Shown piece after piece: positions 48,326 to 62,199 of a stretch of DNA of 64,000 nt (its first letter is position 1; each line of letters opens with the position of its first letter). The DNA is taken from NCBI GenBank assembly GCA_030704615.1, contig CM060731.1:63178001-63242000 (forward strand), written 5' to 3'. The translations under genes were made by a program, and so were the position numbers. This stretch comes from Takakia lepidozioides (Eukaryota; Plantae; Bryophyta). The notes below the pieces were generated by a model. It searched no databases. It had not been told where the DNA came from and saw only the letters and a list, made by a program, of their open reading frames with translations.

Positions 48326-51300
48326 TTAGTAGCCATCCTGGGGAGGAGTAAACTTCTTTTTAGGAGGAGAGTTTTTTCTAGGAGGGGGAACTTGTCCGGC
48401 AGGTCCTGCAGGTTTGGCCTGCTCGGCCGCATATTTTCTAGGAGGTGGGACCTGTCCGGCAGTGTTCGCCTCTTTCACCGGATAGCTTCTAGGAGGGGGG
48501 ACCTGTGTTGCATAATCCTCTTCCACCACAACCCCTTCCACCACATCCACCACACCTGAGCTGCTAACACCTGCAATCTTCAGCTCGCCAGAAAGGCCTG
48601 CAGCCATCATCTCATAGACCCCTCGTCCAAACTCGGCAGGATTGTCAGGCTGCCGATAACACAAAAGAGGTTGTGAGAAAAAATGTGTGCAACAGTAATA
48701 GCTGTAATGATGTGCCATTCCAGCAAACTTCTGACCTAGCCTGGCTTGGCAGATGTGAAACCTCAAGAATAGACCACTCCTGGTTGGACCACAACATTTA
48801 GTGCGAAACAGTCCTAGTACTAACAAAACTAGTCAACAGAACTGCAGGGGTGTGCGGCAGAGAAGAGAGCAAGAAGAGAAGCAACAGGACTGGCTGAAGG
48901 CATATTATCAAATGAAGGTTCAACCCTCAGCACTTACAGAGTAGCCACTGGCCATTTTTGAAGTCTCAAAAAGAAGCTCCAAAATTTGTTTAGCTTGAGG
49001 ACCAGTTCTTTCACTCTTGGAGGCAGACTGCAAGCCCGTTAACAACACCTAACATTAGCAGAAATCCATACATCTTCAATAATTGCTCAGACCATTTCAG
49101 TACAAAATGAGGAGAAAGGAAAATAATCTGATTAGGAGAAACTCCACTTGTTGCCAGACATCATAATCAAAAAACTGTCTCAACAAGATCAAAGATCCAA
49201 GTTGCATTGTAGACATTTGAGTGCCTGCCCCACCCAGTTAGTGGATCTCAAGGACAGCCACATTGACTGGCAGGCAAGAAGCATTTGGAATACCCAGTCC
49301 CCAAATCTAACATGCAACACTAGAAATATGATACTCACATTCAATGCCTGGATGATCAGATGGTTAGGATTGATCTCAAGTGTTCGTTGCTTTAAAATGT
49401 CGAATGAGTTTGGCATGTCTCCAAACGATTGTGCCTTCATTATCCTGAACCCATCACCACATCCCATATAAGTTTTCGTATACTCTACACCAAAGGGGCC
49501 AGTGTCACACCCTCCATGCAGTGACCTTCTTATGGGCCAGCTTATCTGATGGATAAAGTGCTTCGAGTTACCTCTCCATGTTTGCCGACCAGCCATACTT
49601 GCCCGAGACGAGTACACAAGGAGAAGAACTTAGTCGCTTGGAGACTTCAACCTTGGTCACTTTATCTCCAAGAGTTCCCTTCATCCAATCACACAGGGAT
49701 TTGAACTCCTCCGAAACCTCCTTGTCCTTCTCTTTATCCTCATCCCCTGCCAATTAGAACCAATGTCATTTCATAAGCCTCCAAGTCTGTGGAAATTCTC
49801 ATCATTATAATGCAACCGACAGATGTCACTTGGAGACTGGTCCATGGTTCAAATGTGTTAGCCCATGATCAAGAATTTCAGTCCAATTCACCAGCTGACA
49901 GAGAGGTTGGATTCGTCTACAAACCAAATGCACAAAGAACACAGCTCTTGTTATTGTCTGCTAAGACAAATGAGACTGAACATTCACAACTCACCTAGTT
50001 CCAAACCTTCCTTGCTGATGTCAACAAATTCCTTTTCTTTAAAGTTTGACATATGAGTGAGTGCCACCTCATCAATAGGCTCAATCAAATATAGCACCTG
50101 CCATCGCAAGCATAAAACTTCAGGTGATAAACAGATATCTTGATTTATCTCCACAAATTCCATCTTTTCCTGAGCCTCGGGTTTTTACATTGCTGCTGTT
50201 CTCTAATAGAGCCACACAAACTGCCTTGAAGGCACTAACAACTAACAAGTCCTCACAGCTCCGGACAGTTCTGATAATGTTGAATTGCAATACCTAAGTT
50301 GCAGATCTAGGTATGTGACATTCTTATGTGCAGTTGGCCAAACACTCCAAACCTGGCCTTCAAAAGCATGAGCTGATCATCCTGTTCATAAATAAAGACT
50401 CCAAATTCCATGTAATTTGGCAAATCTAGTCCAAATTGAACTGAACTAATTTGATCAATTCCTTAGCAACCAGAATAGCTTCTAGTCAGAATTGTAAACC
50501 CACCTCCAGATCTCTCTTTACAAGCTCTTCCAAGAATGGTGCACTCTTGGCACTTTGGATGTTGTCGGCCGACAGATAATATATAACCTTTTGGTCAGAC
50601 TTCATGCGCTCAACATACTCGTTTAGTGATGTCAGCTCATCCTCACTCTTGCTTGAATTAAATCGGAGCAAAGGTGCCAAACGCTTGTGGTTGTCAGCAT
50701 CATCAGTACAACCCATCTTCAGATTCCTCCCAAAATCAGTCCAAAACTTCTTATAGTCCTGCAGACGTGAAGAGGAAGGAGTGTGTCACATCGACCTATC
50801 TTCATATATAGAGCAGGACTGCAATTTCATGTGCCAGACACTACCATCAAATATTGAGTACTATTACCTATCTGCCAATTGCAGTTGCAGTTGTTCCAAT
50901 TTGGTGAAAGTTCCTGTCATTAGTGAAACTAGCATCTAACCCTGTGGAGTCCAAAGCCGCCCCAACAGTCACCGGTGTGAGCTGCTTGTACCAAATAAAC
51001 AGACTCTAAAATATCACGACTTATGAAAGAGTCTAATAGATATGCATACTAGATTTAGACAGCTCTTTCTAAAGTTCTAGTTACAAAATACCTCTTTGTT
51101 TTCGCGTCTGGAAATTTCGTCGATCATGTCAAAAGTTTTCCGGACCAGGCGCTGCTTCATCAGACGAACCTGCACCAAACCCAAAATAGTAAATCCTAGC
51201 AAGACTATAAATGACTTACACATCTGCGGCATCTCTAAAGTATGGAGAAAGAGAGAGAACAATTAGATCAAAATGAGTTGAAGCTTGGAATGAGAGGAGG

Positions 51301-54300
51301 TGGGTGTTGAGAATACCACGCGGCTCTCTTGTAGAATTTCACGAGACACATTCAAAGGGAGGTCGTTAGAATCCACCACACCCTTGACAAAGTTTAAATA
51401 CCGTGGGAACTGCAAACAGTTACAGGGACCAGCTTCAGCTTTCACAGAGAGCATCAAAGCTATCAATATATGAAGCCTCAACAGGGAGATTGCAAAAATA
51501 GCAAAGTGGGCTTTGTTTGAACAATGACATGGACATCTCCCATGCAAGAATGTCAGAATTCGAATTCAACCTAGTGACGACTTGGAAGAACGGCCCTTTG
51601 AAGTAGTCATGCACTGGTACAAGAACCATTCCTCAAGCCTACAACAACTAAGACTGCCACACTGCACTGCCTGCATTGCAAGATACCATAGATTGGACTG
51701 CATGTCTGCAAATCTTAGGTCCAACACAGATACTGTTGGGCAGTAGATTGTTTGGCTTACCAGGTCAGAATCAAACTGATCTGAGATGAAAACTCGCTTC
51801 ACGTACATTCGAATGTCCCCTTTCTTACCATCCCACATATTCTTTGTGTAGTAGGGTGCCATGCCTGGAATGAACAAAAGACCCTTGAACTCTATGTCTC
51901 CCTGCGCCCATCAAAAGCCCACAGCCTGAAAACTCCTACCTTAACCATGCAGGTCTCTTTCCTATCAATATCCAATAACAGATACCTGTGGAAAAATGTA
52001 TATCAGCCTGAACTCCCATCGCAACGACTCCCAATTTCTTTTCCGAGGAACGATGCAAGGCAATCACAAACCTCAACATTGAAGTGGGAGTGAGCTTGCG
52101 GATCCACAGATGCCTTGAAAGTACTCTTATAAAATTCATTATACTCCTCCTTGGTGACCTCCTTTGGGGACCGTAACTGCCACAACACAAAAACATTAAA
52201 CAAACTCAGAAAGCGTGCCCCGTTGCAAATCCCAAAACAGCTATCAGCATAAGCAAACTTCAAACAAAACTCCCAGGTAGACGATTACAGCTTGGAGACG
52301 AGGAGGTGTTCAAGTTACATACCCATATTGGCTTGGATTCATTAGCCAGCTCCCAATCCCAGTACTTCTCCGTGACAGTCTTCTTCTGCAAGAAGAGCAC
52401 ACCACATCTTTTAGTTCATTAAGGCCAAAGCTGAATACTAAGTGACGCCTCTGAAAGGTATTATGACCTTTTGCATACACCAACGCACTGTCCATTGCAG
52501 AATCTCTACAAATTGAACCAGAAAAGCACTAGAGACACAACTTAAGGTCCACCAATGCAAAACCTAAATACTTCAACAGGTGAAACCCTACAGCACACCA
52601 ATGCACTGGCCATTTTCTACAATCTGATTGAACGGATAAAAACAGCAAGAATGCCACTTACGCCTGCTCCTTCCTCTTCAGCTTCTGCTTCTTTCTCCTC
52701 TCCCTCTCCCTCTACCTGTTGATCATAGAACTGGATCCTGGATTAGCACCTCAGTAAACTACCAACATAAAACTCAAACTAGACCCACATCCATATTCAA
52801 ATTCTTATAACACAAACAGGCATCACCCTTGAGCTATCCAGCTCTTCAAAAGGTTCTTGGTGACAAAGGCATCATCTTCATGCCATTGGCAGTGAACTTC
52901 AAAGCAGCACAATGTAGCTCAAGCCTGCAAGAAGAAACAACCTCCTTTTCCCGGGACTTCTCCAGCCAGGTGTAGATTGGGAAGGAGATGAACTGCGAAT
53001 AATTCTTGACCAGGTTCTGTATTCTCTTAGTATCTCCAAACTCGAATTTCTCGTCCTCCTGCATAATCCAACCAATTGTTAGTGGAGTATACTGCTGGTT
53101 ACCGCTTGCTTACGGTTTCAATAGACAAGATGTAAGCATACAACCAGCACGCCCATTCGTTTATTTTCCCCATCACACTGGTAGTGGCCTCAGAACCACA
53201 ATCAGTAATATTCCAGACACATGCAAACTTAAATCTAGCATTGAAGGACCTAAAAACCTGCCGTAACATTTGTCAAAATACCTTCAGATGAAGAGTGATG
53301 GTAGTGCCACGCGGAATCAACTTCACAGGGTCTGTCTCCTCCCGAATGGTATATGCATTTGTGTTGGCTGCCCCTTCCCACACAAACTGCTTGTCTGACT
53401 TGGCACTCTTAGTAGCTACAGTCACCTGCCCAGATCCCCAGAAGATGCACAGCAGACAAAGCAAGTCCATCATCCAACCATTTGGTAAACAACCTTAGAG
53501 GAAGAGGGATTGATACCCACTTCGTAAGCATGGACTCATCTTACAGAGACAGGGGCACAGAAGTATTTTAGCAAATTCTCCAGAAATGTCCCAGGTCTAA
53601 GTGCAATCACATGTGAAAGCGATTTTCAAAGCTACAGCACAAGCACAAAAAAGGAAAGCCCAAACCAACCTAAAATGCAGCTGTTCAACAGATATGAACA
53701 AAATAGTTCCATGGTAATATCAGTCTTCATAGAAAAACAAATGTTCAGAAATACATTCTGAAGGAAGCGCAAGACAAAAATGCTCCAAATCACCTTGTCA
53801 GCCACCAGAAATGCTGAATAGAAACCCACACCAAATTTTCCAATCAAGTTGTTATCACCACTGGCACCCCCCTCCTTACTTTCCTGCATTCACCCCACAG
53901 CATACATCAGAGGGCAATTATCATTAAAAACAGAATCCCACATGTGTTTGATGATGTTCAAAACACGAACTCTATCAATAATTTCGAAATCACGAAATCA
54001 CAGGTGCATCTCAACTTTGTACTTTCATAATACAATGCACCCTGGCGATGTAAATAACAGCAAAGAAGCTATTGAGGACATCCACCTTCATGGCCTGCAG
54101 GAATTTGGCTGTCCCACTCTGGGCAATGGTACCCAAGCTGTCCACCAGCTCTTCTCGTGTCATCCCAATACCCGTATCCCTGGGAATTCACACTAGGCAT
54201 TTCAGCACCTAATATGAAGGATTCCACCAAATGATATATAACACTAACAAAGCTGCACATGTTTGCCACAAATTACAGGTACACAGAAAGACACTCAAGC

Positions 54301-56763
54301 TTATATGTACCAAAACAACTGCAATAGGCTTTGAAGTGGAAAAAAAGTCTAGGCTTGAACACAAGTCAGTCACAACTCAGATAACCCGTAGCACAGGGAG
54401 TGAAACCAAGGCTTTGAAACTGGAATGAGCAATATAAAGTCTATTGCCGACATGCACTCCCCTCCACAACATTATGATCCAAATATATCATCTCAGCATG
54501 TATCTGCATCAAAAAGCATCTACTATACTAGAGGGCCACCAACAAAGGAAAAGAGCTCACGTAATTGTGATGATGCCAGCCTTTGAGTTAGGCTTAACGC
54601 GAATCTCCAAATTGGGATTAGCTGCCATCAAGTCGGGGTCTGTAACACTTAGAAAGCGCAGCTTATCCAGCGCATCACTCGCATTGCTGCAATGCCTCAG
54701 AGCCAACCAACCTCAGAATCTACAAGTATTGAAAACCAGAACCGCATAACAGCATAATCTACGTGAAGTCAACTAGGACCCCACCAGCAAGGACCCCACC
54801 AACGAACCCGAATCTCCTAATTGACACCGGGTTTGGTTAAAAATCAACTCTTCCTGCAGTACTATTGGACCGAATTTATCCTGGTTAAAACTAAACTAAT
54901 GCCACAGTGGGGTTGCTGTACCTGACAAGCTCTCGAAGGAAGACTTCCTTGTTACTGTAAAGACTGTGCACAATGAGGTCTAAGAGCCGGCTCACCTGTT
55001 CACAACCCCTCGTGCCACCACCACATCAGGTATGCAAATTTTTACATGTGGGTTTGTAGTAAATCCTGAACTCTTCTAGGCTCCTTATCAAGGCTATTGA
55101 GTACAGGTTTTCTGCTCTTTCACCTTTAGTGTCACCAATGAGACTGTAGGTTCTATCATGTGAGGAGGAAAACCCTGAAACCCAAAACCCCAGTGCTCTC
55201 TGTCCATGATCAGCTAATCTATTAGGCAACAGGAACCTTCGAAGGATTAGATTATATCCTCAGCCTGGTACTCGATGCTTCTCTGTGGAGGCCTCTAGGC
55301 TCTCTCATGTGAGGAGGAAAACCCTGAAAATCAAGAATCCAGAGCTCTGTCCATGATAAGCTCGATCACTCGGTAACAGATATCAAGGTAACCTTCGAAG
55401 GATTAAATTATAACCTCAGCCTGGTACTCATACTTCTCCGTGGAGGCCTCCACTGGGACCTCCTCTGCAACAGTTGCTTCACATCTGACACTGGTGTAGC
55501 TGTACTTAGCTCTGCGGACTGAACCATGTGCTCGCCAAGATTCACGGACAGGCGGCAAGCAAGTGCTCCCATTCAATGAAGCCGAAAATGCAGACCTTCT
55601 GCTGAACCGGGAAACAGCTCTCAATACCGGTGAAGACGTCCTCCGACTCAGTGAAGGAAAAAATGCAGACCTCCTCTTTTCAATGCCATCACGAGCATCA
55701 CCAGGGGACTGCCAGCAATCAACGACAGTTAATCATTAAGTTACCAAATCATTGCTGCAACTGACCAAAGGAAACCTGTCTACCACAAGAGACAACTCCC
55801 AAAGTGTCACTGGCATCCAACACCGTCCTGGAAATGATGCATTGCATCTACATTTCCTAATGCAGCATCCTTCCCAACCCCCACAACAAGCCCCCGCCTT
55901 CCATTCCGCGCAATCATTAAGGAAATCGCAGTTGGTATTTAGTACGAACTTGAAGGACATCGAAAATGAGGGGAAATTTTTTGAAGGTTTGCTAAAACCC
56001 AGCACAGCAGTACTAAATGCGGGATGAATGAAGGTAAATGACCAATCTGCGAAATAAAAGTGGACATACAGCTGAAGGCAAAACTTCACAATGTGTCTCT
56101 GGGGACCGATATACCACTACAAAATCTGAAAAAAATTCGCGATGCGATCAATGCAGTTATGACTGCACATTAGAGACACAACATTGAACAAGCTATTGCT
56201 CCACAGCCTTCTTATAGAAATGATAAGAAATAAATCCAGACAGCACCGGAACCAACAGAAATGTCAGCAAAAATCAGGCATAAGATTTCATTCCGTGCAG
56301 TCAGAGCCCCAGTCTCTAGCGTAAGAAGGTCGCGAGACGTATCACTTTCTGAACCAGGATACCTCATTTCAGGATTTCAGTTCAAAAAAAAAGTAAAGAA
56401 GCTAAACCAAGGTCGAATAATGAAACCCTTGGAAAAACAAATGCTTCAGAGCTAGTGCTGGTTGAGGATAAAACCGAAGACAAAGACTGGAAACACTTGT
56501 TAAGCACAATGCAGCTGTAGGTTCAAAATACAGACACTAACTAACCGAAAATCACGATATCTTCATACCGATGACAAAAGCCAGCTCGAAAAATAGGAAA
56601 AGGATTTCAACCAACTGTCGAGTCGAAAGCTTACCCCCTCTGAAACAATTAGGCCCTTTGTTGAGGGCAGAGCGGCGGCTGCACTGAGGCCACGAGCCCG
56701 GGGCGTCCTGGCCACAGATGGCAGCACGCGCCTTGAAAGCGCGTTCCTTGGCACGGTATACAT
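48326..56763 (-). CDS. HSP90-5: Organellar heat-shock protein 90 (plastid HSP90C/HSP90-5 type), about 19 exons
   Basis: Transit-peptide-like exon 56763-56635 ([19 protein letters not shown]), then [117 protein letters not shown] and a last exon 48649-48326. The exon borders examined are GT-AG. Confidence 0.93.
55155..55450. repeat. Tandem duplication of about 155 bp spanning the HSP90 exon 2 donor site
   Basis: tcatgtgaggaggaaaaccctgaaa...ccttcgaaggatta..cctcagcctggtactc..gtggaggcctc occurs twice (about 55156-55294 and 55305-55450). Confidence 0.85.
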
Positions 56764-57062
56764 GCAGGCAATCCTGTATTTGCAGGTTGTCCGATGCAGC
56801 AAAGGATCCAGCACTCCGGCAGTTCTCCGGAGCGAAACACCAGCCGATTGCGGCCGATGCAACAGCAATCCAACCAGCTCCTTCACTCAAAACGGAGACC
56901 TGAATCCCTCAGCACCTTGATTATGCAGCAACAACTTGTGAACCCTCTCACACTTCGCTCGAGCTTTCATGCGAGACAAGAAGAGGCCGTGGAAGTCTCT
57001 GGAAGAAACACCACCGTCGCCGCCGCCAGAGCCAAGGGGTTTTCCAGATCCTAACTATCGTC

Positions 57063-57189
57063 GACGATTTGGCGGACGACGTCCATCCTCTGGAACGAAT
57101 TTCTATCGTTATGGCTGTGTTTCGTTGACGATTTGGCGGACGACGTCCATCCTCTGGAACCAATTTCTATGGCTATGGCTGTGTTTCGT
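57063..57189. repeat. 64-bp tandem duplication upstream of HSP90
   Basis: gacgatttggcggacgacgtccatcctctggaac.aatttctat.g.tatggctgtgtttcgt occurs twice. Confidence 0.85.
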
Positions 57190-58869
57190 CCAGGCATAGC
57201 CACTTGAACACCTGTGCCACAACATTGTAATACGTTCAGACCATTGTCATCCACAGAAAACTGATCTCTTTATCCACAGGGTGTACCATCTGTCATCCAG
57301 CATTTGTCATCCGTCAACCTAATACTTTCATCCTTCTTCCATTTTCATCGGGGGCTGACGATCTGGGCAGCAAGAGTAATCATCCGTCTACTGCACTTTC
57401 CATCCAATAGTACTTTACCGTTACGGGTCCATCCACAGATGTCCTGTTAGAAGAGCTACGACTGGACGACTTTCATCCTAAAATCTCTAACCCTAAATTG
57501 AGCAGTGACTGCCAGGGGAGCTCTTAAGGGTTTGGGGAAGACGAGGGCTGGAGCTCGGATACGAGAGTTTATGAAGGACTGATTGAAAGAAGAAGATGGC
57601 GCATCACATTTCAGAACCCCGATCGTATCTGTAGACAGTTTTTTCTCTCAGACAGAAGCGCGACATGCTTTTTTCATTATGGCAATTGTATAGGAGGGAG
57701 GGGGAAGATCGGAACAGCATATGCCTTGCGATTCAGTACACCACATCGTTACTTCTCTACGAGTGCTCCTCCATTCCAATAACCACGTTGGCATTTGTGT
57801 ATGATACTTTTTTGGTGTTCTGATTCTGGCCGGTTACTGCTTCTGTAGGTTTTGCTATGTTGTATCGTTTGGGCTCTACTAGCGACTCATGCGAATCGAG
57901 CAGTAGGGAAATCCCCGGAGAGAATACTTTATGTTTTGATTGTTGCAGAGCAATGGCTTCTGAAGTGGAAGGGCTCTTCTCCATTCATTTCTTGTCCATG
58001 GTTTGGTAAGTTTGAGTTGCTCCTCGTTAGGGCCCGGTGATCTCTCCATTTTGGCTTGTCCCGTTTTGTTAGGCAAGCAATTTGGTATGTATGTATACGT
58101 TGAATTGGAGTGGAAACATGAATCAACCGCAGATTGGAAAACCCCGATGACCCTACATTTTTCCTTTGGTTGACGTCGTCTCTCTTCCTGAAATATGTGA
58201 GGCGTAGCTGCATGATTCTTGAGCATGTGCAACTTGCAAAACATAAAAACTCTACATTCAGACCTGAGCTATACCTGTATCGGAGGTTCTTCCACATATT
58301 CTAGACCAGAATCTTATCATAACAAGCTATCTTATTTCATCCTCCAGTCTCGATCGAGCGAGATAGCCAAGCAACTGTATTGTAGAGAGAATGTTGACAC
58401 AGAGAAAATGAATGCAGCATCTTCACGTTGATGAAGTGATAGAGACAAGTGTTGATGGGTTCATGGGTGCAATCCAGCAAATGAAGACACAAGTCTGCAA
58501 CTTTTACACCTTGAAACTCGTGTTGCCAGGTAATATAGCCATATCGAAAGTAAGTTCTCTCTGACCTCTATAGACCATTAAATTTCTATCTGCAGCCTCA
58601 TCACAAGCCATGAACTACTGCACTTCAGCTCATGTCAGAAAACCAGATGTACTTAAGCATTGTCCAGGCCCTGATCCCTTGTCAAACTTGGCAGGAAATA
58701 AGTCTCTAGTTTTTGAGGAAGCTTACATGCCTTTAGGATACAATGCTGATCGAACCACACATTAAATTTGAGCCATGACTGGTGAATTGAGGGGCGAGTC
58801 CTTGCAGAATAATGTATATATGTAACGTCAAGTCATCGTCTATTTCAAACGTGATTGTGCTGTGTGAAA

Positions 58870-60185
58870 TAGAAGCGCTGATAAAAGTTCAGGCCAAGTA
58901 CAAAGCAATGCTACAGCAACGTTTATTCACAAGTCGCAAATTTGCAGTCACAACCCTTCAGGGGGTTGTTAGAGGGTGCCTGGTACGGCGAGCCCTTCGC
59001 ATTCTTCATAGGCAAGACAAGAATGCAGCAGTGGTTATTCAAGCCCACTATCGAGGATAGTTTTAGAGGAATCACCTCAAAAGTTATGCTTGCCCACGTG
59101 AGAAGACTGCAGGCATGGAAAAAATGCACGAGTTCTGTAAGTGCTTCTTACTGTCAAGAATTGCGAATTTGAAGATCCAGCAGCACTGGCAGGGAATGAC
59201 AGCCCCATAGAATGTTTTTCGAAGTTGTGAAATCTGTTTTGAAGATCCAGAGCTGCTGGCATGGAGATCAGGTTCAGCAGCTGATAGGTAGAATGGAGAA
59301 AATCAGCAGCTGTCATTCAAAGTTGTTGCCAGGGTTATGTCCAGAGAAAAGTATACATGTTACATAGGGCTGGGATTGTGAGTATCCAGGCTATCTGGAG
59401 GGGTACATTACTCCAGCAGAAGGTGGGAGCTTGTGGGGCAAAAGCAACTAAACTCCAAGCCAGTTGGCATGGGCTTTCTGCTAGAAGTACTCTTGGCAAA
59501 TGGGAGTCTCAGCCACCCGTATTCAGACTTGTTTCCGTGGGTATCTCCAGAGAAAATCTCATCAAAGCTTCAGAACAAGCATCATGAGGTTGCAAGCACT
59601 TGCAAGGGGTATTTTGGCACCACATGCAGTCAAAAGGATGAAGGAGGAGGTAATAAGGCTACATGCCTGTCTAGCAATGGCTGTTGCGACAATCTAGGGC
59701 AGACGGCATGGCCACCGTGTAAGACAGTCCCTAGCCCATCAGAGTAGATCAGTCCCCTGTATCCAGAGCTTTTACCATGGTCACATTGCGCTGGCGCAGT
59801 ATAAAAAGTGCAGGTCTTCTATATCGAGGCTGCAGGCACAGTGGAGGGGTGCATTGCTGTGGCGGAAGATGCAGCAAATGAATAAAGTCATTGTTAAAAT
59901 TCAGGCCTGCTTAAGGGGTAGAATTGGCAGACAAAGGCTTGCAAAACAACATCAGGCTGCCTGCAGCAATCAGGCAGTTGTGCGAGATTGGCTTGCCCGA
60001 AAAAGGCTTTAAACTCCGCCATAGTTGGGGTGCACAAAACCAGATGTGCCATAAAATTACAGCCTACTTGAAGGCGGTGTTGGAGCAGAAAATCTGGTCT
60101 CAAAAAGTTACAAGCAGTGACAACAATTCAAGCAGCTTTCCGTAGTTGGCACCAACGCAAGGTCCTCCGCCAGATGCACAAGGTG
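58870..60185 (+). pseudogene. Multi-IQ-motif (ASPM/abnormal-spindle-like or myosin-neck-like) pseudogene
   Basis: More than ten IQxxxRG-type motifs in shifting frames (LQGVVRG, IQAHYRG, IQAIWRG, IQTCFRG, LQALARG, LQAQWRG, IQACLRG, IQAAFRS) with many stops and frameshifts. Confidence 0.75.
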
Positions 60186-60849
60186 GGATGGCTCTTACTA
60201 CACCTGATCCTCACCGGGGTGCAGGCAGGAATGTGGGGGTAACTAACTAGAGGACAGTCTTCTCATGAGAATCAACCAGTAATTGATGTTTTGGAAAGGT
60301 GGATCCTAACAATCCACGTGACGGTAACGGAAACCATTGTGGTTCTAGAGGTAGTGAAATGGCAGACTTTTGGGGTATGGTGAATTCTTCTTCAAATCAC
60401 ACAGAAATCTCGGAGTAAACTGGATTTCCATTGCAGTTGACTTCAACTCAAACCCTACAGTGAATAGTAGTGCTGACAATTATTCTCGTTTAGGTGAGTA
60501 CTTGCAGACCCGAGTCCAAAGTAAGCCAGAATTGGAAGTGCAAATCCCTAAGAATTGCCTGAAACAGACCGTTGGACTTGGGATACCCTGTGTGTAACAC
60601 ACTCCCCTCTTATTGAGGGGAAATTCCTATGGGTATAGGACCAAGCAGCACTGGTACTGCTGCACAGTCCACCTTGGCATCCTCCTCTCAGCCAGTATTC
60701 CCAATCACAGCGAAGCACAGAAAGCCCATCAGGTGTCAGAGCTGGACAGGAAGGCCATTCCTCCTCCACGGACTCCTGCTGGGCTTAAAGCATTCTCCGT
60801 CCTGCCACTCCTCTAACCTTTGCAGCTGCCCAAGGAAGGATCTTCGCAT

Positions 60850-61990
60850 CCAAGAGCTACAGTTGGCAGGACTGGCAATGGGGGAGCAATGTGTTGCCTG
60901 GAGACCACATACCCAGCCCTCTCTAGTGGTCAAAGGGTGGGGCAAGCCAGCTTGGGCTACTGGCACTGGTGGTAGTGTTACTATATCTCGGATATTCTTT
61001 CGGCCAGATGCATCGACAAAGGAGGCACTGCAGTTTGCCATTATGATTGATGGTGGGAGTAACTGGCACATGTGTGCAAAGTGAAGGTTATTACTGGGGT
61101 GGAGGAAGCATACTATGGGTGGATAGCCCTCAACTGCAATTTTGGCATAGTAGGACACGCACCCAAGCTGCTCAACTTTGGTGCTCTAGATCTAGGAGGC
61201 TCTTCCTTTCAGGTGGCGATTGAACCAGATAGGGCACCTGTGGGGGACTACGGTGTGAATGTGATATTGGACCAACTGAGCACCACCTGTATGCAGTTTC
61301 ACATGCTGGCTTTGGTCTGAATGATGCTTTTGAAAAATGTAGTGCAACACGCCATTCACCTGCTACTAAAAATGGGGTGGTGGTGATGAAGACCGGCCAG
61401 GTGGAAGTAGAGCATCCTTGCCCACACAGGGGATAGCGGCAGCCATTTGCATGCTCCACTCATTGCATGCTTCCTGCTTCCGCTCTGGCGGCTGGAGAGC
61501 CCTACGTCAGTGGGAGTCCTGGCATTGATGGAGACACCTTTGCCCAGGTGGAATTTGAAGGGAGCTCCAAGCACCAGCCAGCTCACCAGGGTAAATGTTA
61601 TGGACTCGCAGGGTTTTATTTGTTCTGAACAAATCTTTGGACTGTTGGCAACCATGTCTCTTGAGGTATTGTTGCCAAAAGGACAAGAGTTCTGTGGCAG
61701 GACGCCCAATTCAGTGTGCCAGCATAACCTGGTGTGGATCGCTACTGCTTCTGTGCCCCTTGTGTGGTTGCACTGCTCCGGTATGGTTTGCAACTTCGGG
61801 ATGACCGAATTCTGATTGGGTCAGGGGATTTTGCCTGGACTCTGGGTGCTGCATTATAAAGCCCTGCGGCCCAGTCAATCAAAGCCCATGCAGAGTGGAC
61901 TGGTCCTGTTTACGAACTCTTGGGTAGCTATTACCATGGGGGTGCTATTGCTGCTGTTGCTGATCTTGGTGGTGGTCATGGCCCTCTACA
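60850..61990 (+). pseudogene. GDA1/CD39 apyrase (APY7-like) pseudogene
   Basis: ACR1-like FAIMIDGGS, ACR3 ITGVEEAYYGWIALN, ACR4 FGALDLGGSSFQV, VEHPC, YCF and a C-terminal hydrophobic segment. The ACR2 region is deleted and there are multiple frameshifts. Confidence 0.85.
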
Positions 61991-62199
61991 ACTGGGGCAT
62001 GTCTCTACCAAATATGTTAACTTTGATAAGAGTATGCCATCTGGAGCACCTCCCTGGCACACACTGGTCCTGGTTCCTGCTATATACTAATTAGAGTCTG
62101 TTTGAACAGTATTGCAACTGAGTCATTCATCTTTGGGATGATTTTGGTTGTTCATGGAAAAGGTCAAAACTCAAGACTGTTTTTGAAACTGTACCTCAT

